In this document: piece by piece, positions 49,754 to 58,397 of the stretch
Position numbering within the stretch: position 1 is the first letter of the stretch
How the letters are laid out: every line of letters starts with the position of its first letter
Source: Chloroflexota bacterium
GTDB taxonomy: Bacteria > Chloroflexota > UBA11872 > UBA12225
NCBI GenBank assembly: GCA_030447525.1
Contig: JAUJOR010000001.1
Span: 299,466 to 363,465, forward strand
Length of the DNA: 64,000 bases
Direction: 5' to 3'
Translations under genes and position numbers: made by a program
The notes under the pieces: model-generated
Seen by the model: only the letters and a program-made list of their open reading frames with translations
Told to the model about the DNA's origin: nothing
Database searches by the model: none

Positions 49754-50039
49754 GTAGTGCCCGGCCGGTGGCACGATGGACCATTTTCCCACCGGCTGCG
49801 CCCCGCGGCCGGCCGCGACCATGGGGCATGAATACCGGTGATCTTCAGTGCAGTCGTCCTGACGGCTCGCCGTCACCATCCCGGATGAGAATGGGCCATT
49901 CTCTAACCAGTGTGGCCGTTATGGTGCACCGGCGGAGGCGCCGCCGCAAGCCGCGCCCGGCCCCAGGCCGGTTGAGGGCGCCGACGATGGGCAATGGAGT
50001 ATAACGACGGGCCGTGGCGATGACCGCTGAGGGCTGCGG

Positions 50040-51617
50040 GTGAGGGTCCTGGCCGTCGTCAGCGGCCAGAAGTGGCTGGGGGGACTGACGATTCACACGG
50101 CGCTCCTGTGCCGTGAGCTGGAGCGCCTGGGGCACCAGGTGGCGGTCGTGTCCATTGGAGAGGACGCCGTGGTCGACCTCTTCCCCCACACCCGTACCCG
50201 CTATGGTCCCCGGACGGGGGCTCGCCCGGACGGTGGGCCGGCGATGGATGGCCCGGCCGGCCGGACCGATCTCCCGCAGCCGCCCCAGCGGGGGGAGGAC
50301 TACGTATTCCGCTACGAGGTGGTGGCGGATGCGGCGCGCTACCTCCCGCCGGGACGGCTGGCGGTGCGCCGGGCACTGGCTCCGGTGGCGCGCCTGGGGA
50401 TGGCCGTGGTCGTCCCGCCGGCCGACCGCTCGCGGGCCCCGCTGCGGCAGGCGCGGGGCCTGGCCGCCTCCCTGGCTCGAGGTCTGGGGGCGGCGCTGGA
50501 CGCCGGGCTCAGCGGGGGGGCCGCCGAGGCGCCCTTTCTGGCTCGCCTCCTGCTGCACACGGACGAGGAGGATCTGCGCCGCCTGGAGGAGATCCGGCGC
50601 TGGTTCCAGCCGGATGTGGAGTACGCCTGCGACCTGGCCCTCGTCCCGATGATGGCCCGCCTGCAGGATCTCTCCATACCCCTGGTGGCGGCGGCCCAGG
50701 GCTTTGAGATCGTCCAGCGCCGGGGCGTGGGGCTGTTGACTGGGCTGCACGCCGCCCGCCATCGGCTTGATCTGGTGCTCTCTGGCTCCAGAGCCAACGT
50801 GGACGAGAACCTCCGGCAACTCCCCCTGTTCCAGGATGGGGCATTGCCGGTGCGGGTCGTCCCCTACGGCGTCTCCCTGGACGGGGGCTGGGAGATGAGC
50901 CGCGCGCGGGCGGTCGAGCGCGTCCGGGATCTGGAGCGCCAGCTGACGCCGGACCAGCGGGGGGCCGGCGGGCTGTGGGGGAGCGGAGACGAACCGCCCC
51001 CATTCATCGCCACCTCCTTTTCCCGCATTGACGTGGAGAAGGGCACCGATCTGGCCCTGCACGCCCTGTCTATCCTGCGCCGCCAGGGAGTCCCGGCACG
51101 TCTGTGGATCGCCGGCAACGCCATGCCCGGCTCAGCCTACCTGGACGTCCTGCGCCAGAAGATCCGCTTGTTGGACCTGGGGCACTGCGTCAGCTTGATC
51201 GGCACGCTCCGTGACCAATCGGACAAGATCGCCCTGTTGCGGGCCAGCGATGCCTTTGTCGCCGGGTTTATTCGCTCCGAGCCCTTCGGCCTGGTGTTGA
51301 CTGAGGCCTTTGCCACCGAGCTGGCGGTGGTCGCCCCGGCCACCGGGGCGGCGCCGGAGCTGATGGCGTACGTCGGGGACACGTCCACGCTCTACCCGCC
51401 CAATGACACCGGAGCGCTGGCCGAGCGGCTCCAGGGCCTGCACCTGGACCCGGCCCGCCGGGCGGCCCTCGCCCACCGCCAGCGTCAGGCCTTTACCACC
51501 CACTTCAATGCCACGGAGATGGCCAGGGTCACCGCCGCCGAGTTCGAGCGGGCGATCCAGGGGCGAGGTGGCCGTCCCCACGGCTCCAACGGACGCCGGC
51601 GGCCGGCAGGCTGCTAG
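50040..51617 (+). CDS. Large family 1 (GT4-type, GT-B fold) glycosyltransferase
   Basis: The C-terminal GT1 signature is ...SRIDVEKGTDLALHA...FIRSEPFGLVLTEAFATELAVVA.... It is 525 aa with an extended N-terminal acceptor domain. Confidence 0.8.
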   Translation: MRVLAVVSGQKWLGGLTIHTALLCRELERLGHQVAVVSIGEDAVVDLFPHTRTRYGPRTGARPDGGPAMDGPAGRTDLPQPPQRGEDYVFRYEVVADAARYLPPGRLAVRRALAPVARLGMAVVVPPADRSRAPLRQARGLAASLARGLGAALDAGLSGGAAEAPFLARLLLHTDEEDLRRLEEIRRWFQPDVEYACDLALVPMMARLQDLSIPLVAAAQGFEIVQRRGVGLLTGLHAARHRLDLVLSGSRANVDENLRQLPLFQDGALPVRVVPYGVSLDGGWEMSRARAVERVRDLERQLTPDQRGAGGLWGSGDEPPPFIATSFSRIDVEKGTDLALHALSILRRQGVPARLWIAGNAMPGSAYLDVLRQKIRLLDLGHCVSLIGTLRDQSDKIALLRASDAFVAGFIRSEPFGLVLTEAFATELAVVAPATGAAPELMAYVGDTSTLYPPNDTGALAERLQGLHLDPARRAALAHRQRQAFTTHFNATEMARVTAAEFERAIQGRGGRPHGSNGRRRPAGC

Positions 51618-51718
51618 ACTCGGCGCTAGTGGTCCAAGGGCGTCCAGGGCGCACATTCGAGCAGCTCTCACCTGGAGCATCGACGAACGACCTTTCCATA
51701 GGTGCATAGGAGCTCGAC

Positions 51719-52732
51719 ATGCGCGCCGTGCTGCCCCATCTCGCCGCCAGACCGTTTCCCGCGCTGCGTCGCGGCGTCCTGGAGACGCTCCAGGTCAACC
51801 TGGGGTACCGCTGTAACTTGCAGTGCGTCCACTGCCACGTGAATGCCGGCCCCCGACGCATGGAGATGATGGGGCGGGAGACGGCCGAGCAGGTGATCGC
51901 CTACCTGCGCCGGGCAGGGATTAGGACGCTGGATCTGACCGGCGGTGCCCCGGAGCTCAACCCGCACTTTCGCTCCCTCGTGGAGAGGGCCCGTGCCCTT
52001 GGCGTGCGCGTGATTGACCGCTGCAACCTCACCGTGCTGTGGGAGCCGGGCCAGGAAGACCTGGCGGCGTTCCTCGCCGCCAACGGCGTGGAGGTGGTGG
52101 CCTCCCTCCCCTGCTACCTGGAGGAGAACGTCGACCAGCAGCGCGGGCGGGGTGTGTTCGAAGGGAGCGTCCAGGGATTGCTCCGCCTGAATGCGCTGGG
52201 CTATGGGCGGCCCGGCTCGGGCCTCATCCTGGACCTGGTGTACAACCCCATCGAGCCGCAGCTCCCGCCGCCACAGGCGGAGCTGGAGCAGGACTACCAC
52301 GACGAGCTGGAGCGGCGCTTCGGGATCGTATTCAACCGCCTCTACACGCTGGCCAACATGCCCATCCAGCGCTTTGGGAGCCTGTTGCTCTCTACGGGTC
52401 GCTTCGACGAGTACATGGCCCTGCTCCAGGGAGCGCATCGGGACGAGAACCTGGATACCGTGATGTGCCGCTCGCTGATGAGCGTGGACTGGCAGGGCCA
52501 CGTCTACGATTGTGACTTCAACCAGATGCTCGGACTCCCCCTGACCCTCGAGGGGGCGGACGAGGAAGCAGGGGGCGGGCACGGGAGTGGCCGGAGCGGC
52601 CGGAGCGGTCGGCGGGTGCACCTCACCGAGCTGTCGAGTGCCCAGCTGGAAGGCAACGTCATCGCCGTCGCGGGGCACTGCTACGGCTGCACCGCCGGGC
52701 AGGGGAGCAGCTGCAGCGGCGCGCTGGCCTAG
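51719..52732 (+). CDS. Radical SAM / Cys-rich domain protein of the ArsS-like (TIGR04167-type) family
   Basis: The N-terminal cluster LQVNLGYRCNLQCVHCHVNAGPRRMEMM is the CxxxCxHC variant typical of this family. A C-terminal Cys-rich segment ends AGHCYGCTAGQGSSCSGALA. Confidence 0.75.
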   Translation: MRAVLPHLAARPFPALRRGVLETLQVNLGYRCNLQCVHCHVNAGPRRMEMMGRETAEQVIAYLRRAGIRTLDLTGGAPELNPHFRSLVERARALGVRVIDRCNLTVLWEPGQEDLAAFLAANGVEVVASLPCYLEENVDQQRGRGVFEGSVQGLLRLNALGYGRPGSGLILDLVYNPIEPQLPPPQAELEQDYHDELERRFGIVFNRLYTLANMPIQRFGSLLLSTGRFDEYMALLQGAHRDENLDTVMCRSLMSVDWQGHVYDCDFNQMLGLPLTLEGADEEAGGGHGSGRSGRSGRRVHLTELSSAQLEGNVIAVAGHCYGCTAGQGSSCSGALA

Positions 52733-52739
52733 GGTGCCC

Positions 52740-53438
52740 CTAGGCGAACCCCAGGCGGCGCTCTTTCAGGGAGATGTACCCTTCTCGCCCCGGGCCGGGC
52801 CGCCCGACGACGACGTGGTCGAGCACCTCGATGTCCAGCAGCCGTCCGGCGTCGGCGGCGTCTGTGGTGATGCGGACGTCCTCGGGGGAGGGAGTGGGAT
52901 CGCCGCTGGGGTGATTGTGGACGACGATCACGGCGGCGGCGTTCTCCCGGATGGCGTCACGGAACAGCTCGGCCACGCGGACGGTGCTGGCGTTCAGCGT
53001 TCCGCGGTACACCTCGCGCACGGCCATGACGTGGTTCTTGGTGTTGAGCAGGACGACCCGCAGGTGCTCTCAATCCAGCAGGGTCATCTCGGACGCGACG
53101 AGATGGTAGACGTCACGCGGGGAATGGATCTCCGTGCGCTGCGCCGGCTCTAGGGCCGTCAGGCGGCGCCCCAGCTCGAGGGCGGCTTGCACCTCCGCCG
53201 CCTTGACCGGGCCGACGCCGGCCAGGCCTTTCAGCTCTACGGTGGAAGCCTTGGCCAGGCCGGCCAGGCCGGCCAGGCCGCCCAGGCGGGCCAGCGCCCG
53301 GTTGGCCACGTCCAGGGCGCTTTCCCGGGACCGGCCCGAGCTGCCGGTGCGCCAGATGATGGCCAGCAGCTCGCCGTTGCTGAGGTGCTCCGGCCCGTAG
53401 CGGGCGAGGCGCTCCCGCGGGCGCTCGCTGCTGGGCAT
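52740..53438 (-). pseudogene. radC: radC (JAB/MPN-domain DNA-repair-associated protein) interrupted by an in-frame TGA at 53058-53060
   Basis: The N-terminal part ends ...HSPRDVYHLVASEMTLLD-TGA. It continues in the same frame as [26 protein letters not shown]...[15 protein letters not shown], which is the JAMM motif. I verified frame continuity by hand. Confidence 0.7.
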
Positions 53439-53679
53439 GTCCCGGATCAAGAGGTACTCCCGACCGGTGGCCGCCGGGGCGCCGCTCGGCCCTGCCCCGT
53501 TCACTGAGCGGGCATCTGGTCCGGGGCCGGTGGCCTGCCCGGACGTTTCAGTAGTGGTGTTCGGGCTCGTCCCTCTGGGGACTGCGGGGGCTCTGGGGGC
53601 TCTGGGGGCTGCTCGCCCCGGTTTGGGAGCAGACCGGCGGGAGCTGGCGCGCAGCACGGCGGAGGACGTCGCTCGGGGC

Positions 53680-55480
53680 ATGTCAGTCGGTATCGTACCC
53701 GGACGGCGGCCGGCGTACCATCAGCCTCCGTCCCTCCACCCCGCTCTGAACAGGCGGCCCGGCGGCGAGCCGGGAGGGGAGGGGGCACCGAGAGCGGCCC
53801 TCTACCGGCACCGCTTCCGCCTCCTGGCCGGGCTGACGCTCCTGGCCTTGCTCCTGCGCATCTGGGCCCTCGACCAGTCGCCCCTCGGCCTGGATCCGGG
53901 CGAAGCCTCCATTGGCTACAACGCCTACTCCGTCTTGCGCACCGGCCGAGACGAGTACGGCTAGCCGTGGCCCCTGACCTTCCGGGCTTTTGGCGAGTAC
54001 AAGCGCCCGGCCTACGTCTACGCCGCCATCCCAGGTATCGCCCTCTTGGGCCCGACGCCGGCCGGCGTCCGCATCGCGGCCGCCGTCGCCGGGACGCTGT
54101 CGGTTCCGGCGCTCTACGCCGTGGCCACGCTCCTGCTGCGGAGCTGGCGGGGGGCGCTGGTGGCGGCGACCATGCTCGCCCTCTCGCCCTGGCACCTCCA
54201 GTTCACCCGGGCCGCTCGAGAGGCCAGCCTGCTCGTCCTGGCCATCCTCTTGCTCGCCGGGGCCTTGCTGCGGGCGTGGCACGCGCCTCCCGCCGAGCGC
54301 CCCGGTCGCCCGGCCGGCTCCAACCTCCTGTACGTCGGCGCCGCCCTGGCCTTTCTCCTGGCGGTGTACAGCTACCCCGGTGGCCTCCTCTTCACCCCGC
54401 TGCTCGTGCTCGTCCTGGTATGGGCCTACGGGAGCCGGGTGCGCCGCCGGCCGCGAGCGTGGCTGGGAGCCGCCCTGGCCATTGCCGCCCTGGGTCTGGT
54501 GCCCCTGGTGGTACAGCTCACCGATGGCCGGGCGCGGGCGGGCCTCAGCCAGGCCTCGATCTTCAACTTCCCGGCGGTGCGTCAGCTGGCCGAAGCCCGC
54601 GTCGCACGCGACCGTCGGGAAGGTGCCCCGCGGCTGCTCAACAGCTCGATGATGGTGGCCCTGCGCCAGGCGGTCAACGCCTATCTGACTCACTTCGACC
54701 CGACCTATCTCTTCACCCGCGGGGACGCCGAGTGGCGCCACCACTCCAGCGACGCCGGCCAGCTGTACTTGTGGGACGTGCCCCTCCTGGGGATTGGCCT
54801 GGTGAGGGTCGCCCGAGGCTGGCGACGCCCGGCGGCGATGCGCGCCATCGGGGCCTGGCTGCTGATCGGCCCGTTGCCGGTGGCGTTCGCCGAGAACGCC
54901 CCCCACGCCGTGCGGTCGATCGTCATGCTCCCGGCGTGGTACCTCCTGGCGGCCGCCGGTGTGTCCCCCCCCTGTGGCGCTGGCTCCGGCGCCGGGGCTA
55001 TGAGCGAGACTGGTTGCTGCTTCTCGTCCTGAGCCTGGCCTTCTCTATACCTTCTACCGCTACTACCCCATTGAGCACGCCCCATCCTGGCAAAGCGGGA
55101 TGCTGGAGGGCTTTCGCGCGGCGCAGGCGGAGGTAGACGCCGGACGCTACCGGCGCGTCGTCATCCCCCAGGAGATGTCTCCTTCGTACATCTACGCCCT
55201 CTATGCCAATGGCTATGACCCGCACTCCTACCTGACCCAGGGCGGCAGTGTCGTCGACCCCAGCGGCCCGTTCTTCCCTGCACCCGGCCCGCTGCAGTTT
55301 CGCCCCTACGAGGTGCGGGTGGTGGACTGGCGCACCGAGCCGCGGCTCCCGGAGGTGCTCTACGTCTTGGAAGCCTCGAACCGTCTACCCCCGGGGCTGG
55401 AGGTGGTCAAGGTGGTCAAGGTGGTCAAGGGCGTGGGGGGCCGGGATAGGCTGCAGCTCGTGGCCGCCCCGGGCGGGTGA
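53680..55480 (+). pseudogene. PMT/ArnT-like (GT39 family) membrane glycosyltransferase carrying an in-frame TAG at 53962-53964 and at least two frameshifts (a C8 tract at about 54964-54971, and near 55080)
   Basis: The first segment is ...LYRHRFRLLAGLTLLALLLRIWALDQSPLGLDPGEASIGYNAYSVLRTGRDEYG. A TAG stop follows, where PMT_2 proteins normally have a basic residue. The next segment is PWPLTFRAFGEYKRPAYVYAAIPGIALLGPTPAGVRIAAAVAGTLSV.... The C-terminal domain continues in two other frames after CCCCCCCC. Confidence 0.6.
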
Positions 55481-55491
55481 TACGTCCCAGG

Positions 55492-55707
55492 CTAAGACCT
55501 CAGGGCGCCCAGCAGCAGCTCGGCGCTGCAAACGCTGAGATAGGCGACGCCGAAGACGGCGACCGCCGTCCCCAGGAGCACCCTCAGGGCGCCGGCGTCG
55601 AGCAGCCCGGGGTCGTCCGTGACCAGGAGGCTGACCACGGCCAGGGTGATGGCCAGGGCGCAGGTCACGCGCCCGGTGAAGGTGCGGGCGATGTGGAGCC
55701 GGCTCAC
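55492..55707 (-). CDS. Possible small two-TM membrane protein (71 aa); unsupported
   Basis: It is a hydrophobic ORF between the GT39 pseudogene and murT with no homology signal. Confidence 0.2.
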   Translation of the reverse strand: MSRLHIARTFTGRVTCALAITLAVVSLLVTDDPGLLDAGALRVLLGTAVAVFGVAYLSVCSAELLLGALRS

Positions 55708-55905
55708 GTCTCTACGTACGCCCCGGCATGTTGGTGCGGTGCCCCCTTCGAAGCCCTAGGGCTTCGCGCTCCACGAACGTCCCGGCCGGTACATAGGGGA
55801 CGATGATACGGGCCGGGTGGAGGCTGTTACCATCCCACCAGGGGCTTGGCACGGCGCGGACGCCGTCGTTGAACGAGGGAAGGGACAGGGAGAGCGGCAG
55901 GGGGA

Positions 55906-57492
55906 ATGGCACCAAGCGGACGGCGAGACCTGCGCGTCGGCATGGCCTCCCTGGCGGCACGGGCGGCGGCGACGGCATCGCGGGTGTTGAAGCGGGGGGG
56001 CGGGACGGCCCTGCCCGGCCTGATCGCCGAGCGTGTCGCGCCGGGGCTCCTGGCCCACCTGGCCGGCCAACTCCCGGGCGGCGTGGTGGTAGTCACCGGG
56101 ACGAACGGGAAGACCACCACCAGCCACATGCTGGCAGCTATCTTCCACCGGGCGGGGCTGTCTCCGGTGCGTAACGCCTCCGGCTCCAACCTCTCGCGCG
56201 GGATCGCGGCGGCCCTGGCCGTGCACGCCGACTGGACGGGGCGCCTGCGTCTCCGGCCGGCCGCTCCGCCGGGTGGGGGCTCCCCAGGGGCCGGCCTCTC
56301 TGCGCAGCGAGACGCGAGGCACGGCGGAGCGGTGGGCCTCTTCGAGACCGACGAGGCGGCGTTCGCTCGTGTCGTGCCGGCGGTGCAGCCGGGCGTGGTG
56401 GTGGTCACGAACCTGTTCCGCGACCAGCTTGACCGCTACGGGGAGGTGGACACGGTGGCGGCGATCTGGCGCACTGCCCTCTCCGCCCCCGCCCGGGGCA
56501 GCACGCCGGGCACGCTCGTGCTCAACGTAGACGACCCCACGGTGGCCTCGTTAGCCCCGCCAGGGGACGAGGGGGCGCCAGTGCCGCCGGTCGGGGGCAC
56601 CGCGGGGGCCCTCTTGTTTGGCATCGAGGATGCCCGCTGGGGGCACCCGGGCCCGGAGCACGCGGCCGATGCCAAGGTCTGTCCTCGATGCGGCGCGCGC
56701 CTGGAGTACCCGGTGTGCTTTTACGGGCATCTGGGTCACTACCACTGCCCCAACGGGCACCGCCGCCCGGCGCCGGCGGTCAGCGCGACGCGCCTGGAGC
56801 CGCACGGCTTTGACGGCACCGATCTGACCTTGACCACGCCGGCCGGGGAGCTCGCCTTCCGTCTCCCCCTGCCCGGCCTCTACAACGTCTACAATGCCCT
56901 GGCCGCCGCCGCCGGGGCGCTCGCCACCGGCGTCCCGCTCTCCGCCGTGCGTGAGGGCCTGGCCGGCTTTACAGCCGCCTTTGGTCGCCTGGAGCGCGTC
57001 CAGGTGGGGGCGCACGTCGTCTACCTCGTCCTGGCCAAGAACCCTGTGGGGATGAATGAGGCCTTGCGCACGCTCTTCGCCGATGGCCGGCCAAAGCACC
57101 TCTTGATGGCCCTGAACGACCTGGACGCCGACGGGCGGGACGTATCCTGGATCTGGGATGCCGACTTCGAGCACGTCGCCGGCCAGGCGGCCAGCCTGAC
57201 CGTCTCCGGCCGGCGCGCCGAGGAGCTGGCCATGCGCCTCAAGTATGCCGGGGTGGCCGGCGGGACGGCGCTGGAGATCGAGCCCGACCTGCGCCGGGCC
57301 CTGGATCGGGCTCTGGCCATGATGCCCGCCGGGGAGACGCTCTACGCCGTGCTGACCTACACCGCCATGTTGGGGCTGCGCCACGTCCTCGCCGAGCGCG
57401 GCCACCTGATGGCCTACTGGGACGAGGGGGCCGACGTTTCAGGTCTCAATTCCCAGGTCTCACGTCTCACGTCAGGTATGGAACGACCATGA
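55906..57492 (+). CDS. murT: Lipid II isoglutaminyl synthase, Mur-ligase-like subunit MurT
   Basis: The Mur ligase central domain is VVVTGTNGKTTTSHML. The MurT-specific 4-Cys ribbon is CPRCGARLEY...YGHLGHYHCPNGH. A DUF1727-type C-terminus is present. It is paired with gatD downstream. Confidence 0.85.
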   Translation: MAPSGRRDLRVGMASLAARAAATASRVLKRGGGTALPGLIAERVAPGLLAHLAGQLPGGVVVVTGTNGKTTTSHMLAAIFHRAGLSPVRNASGSNLSRGIAAALAVHADWTGRLRLRPAAPPGGGSPGAGLSAQRDARHGGAVGLFETDEAAFARVVPAVQPGVVVVTNLFRDQLDRYGEVDTVAAIWRTALSAPARGSTPGTLVLNVDDPTVASLAPPGDEGAPVPPVGGTAGALLFGIEDARWGHPGPEHAADAKVCPRCGARLEYPVCFYGHLGHYHCPNGHRRPAPAVSATRLEPHGFDGTDLTLTTPAGELAFRLPLPGLYNVYNALAAAAGALATGVPLSAVREGLAGFTAAFGRLERVQVGAHVVYLVLAKNPVGMNEALRTLFADGRPKHLLMALNDLDADGRDVSWIWDADFEHVAGQAASLTVSGRRAEELAMRLKYAGVAGGTALEIEPDLRRALDRALAMMPAGETLYAVLTYTAMLGLRHVLAERGHLMAYWDEGADVSGLNSQVSRLTSGMERP

Positions 57493-58382
57493 AACTAGTG
57501 CTCGGCCACCTCTATGGCGATCTCCTGAACCTGTACGCCGATCGGGGAAACATCATCGCCCTGCAACAGCGCTGCGCCTGGCGTGGCGTCGACCTGGAGG
57601 TGCGCCAGATCGGGATCGGCGAGGCCGTGCGGCCGGACGCCCTCGATCTCCTCTTCATGGGGGGCGGGCAGGACGGCGACCAGCGCCTCATGGCCGACGA
57701 CCTTTTCCGGCTCAAGGCCGACGCCCTGCGCGGGGCGCTCGTTGACGGCCTGCCTATGCTCGCCGTCTGTGGGGGGTATCAGCTCTTTGGGGAGTACTAC
57801 CAGCCGGCGGAGGGCCCGCCCCTCCCTGGGCTGGGGCTGTTCGACCTGCACACGGTGCACCCCGGGCCCCGCGTCCGGCGCTGCATCGGGAACGTCGTGG
57901 TGGAGTGGTTGACGGCGGGGACCGTAGACCAGTCGCACGTCTCGAGCCGCGAGTCGCACGTCTCAGCTGCCGAGACGGGACCGGGGGCGAGACTTGTGAC
58001 TCGGGCGCCCGCCCCGGCACCCCTTGGGCGCGGCGCGACCCCGCCGGTGCGGCGCACCACGCTCGTCGGCTTCGAGAACCATGGGGGGCGCACCTACCTC
58101 GGTCCAGGGGCGCGGCCCCTGGGGCGCGTCATCAGCGGGCACGGCAACAATGCGCGGGACGGCACGGAAGGGGCCGTCGTCCACCAGGCGTACGGCACGT
58201 ACCTCCACGGGTCGCTGCTGCCGAAGAACCCTCACCTGGCCGACCACTTACTGACGCTGGCCCTGCGGCGGCGCCACCCGGGGGCGACGCTGGCCCCGCT
58301 GGACGATACCGCGGAGTGGCGGGCCCACGAGGCCATAGTGAAGCGATATGGCCGGCGGGGGGCGGTGCGTCGAGCGGCCTGA
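57489..58382 (+). CDS. gatD: Lipid II isoglutaminyl synthase glutaminase subunit GatD (CobB/CobQ-like GATase) with an approximately 55-aa insert
   Basis: The N-terminus is MKLVLGHLYGDLLNLYADRGN, with LAVCGGYQLFGEYY (catalytic Cys) and HGSLLPKNPHLAD (His). The start overlaps the murT stop (ATGA). Confidence 0.8.
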   Translation: MKLVLGHLYGDLLNLYADRGNIIALQQRCAWRGVDLEVRQIGIGEAVRPDALDLLFMGGGQDGDQRLMADDLFRLKADALRGALVDGLPMLAVCGGYQLFGEYYQPAEGPPLPGLGLFDLHTVHPGPRVRRCIGNVVVEWLTAGTVDQSHVSSRESHVSAAETGPGARLVTRAPAPAPLGRGATPPVRRTTLVGFENHGGRTYLGPGARPLGRVISGHGNNARDGTEGAVVHQAYGTYLHGSLLPKNPHLADHLLTLALRRRHPGATLAPLDDTAEWRAHEAIVKRYGRRGAVRRAA

Positions 58383-58397
58383 AGGGCCTGAGACCTC

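Noticed and set aside
53058-53060. In-frame TGA of radC as a selenocysteine codon
   Set aside because: RadC/JAB proteins are not known selenoproteins. The aligned position is normally Gln or another ordinary residue. I see no SECIS-like stem-loop just downstream. A nonsense mutation or a sequencing error is more parsimonious.
53683-54906. 407-aa minus-strand ORF across the GT39 pseudogene
   Set aside because: It is antisense to a recognisable PMT_2-family sequence, and the translation is Arg/Gly/Pro-rich without motifs.
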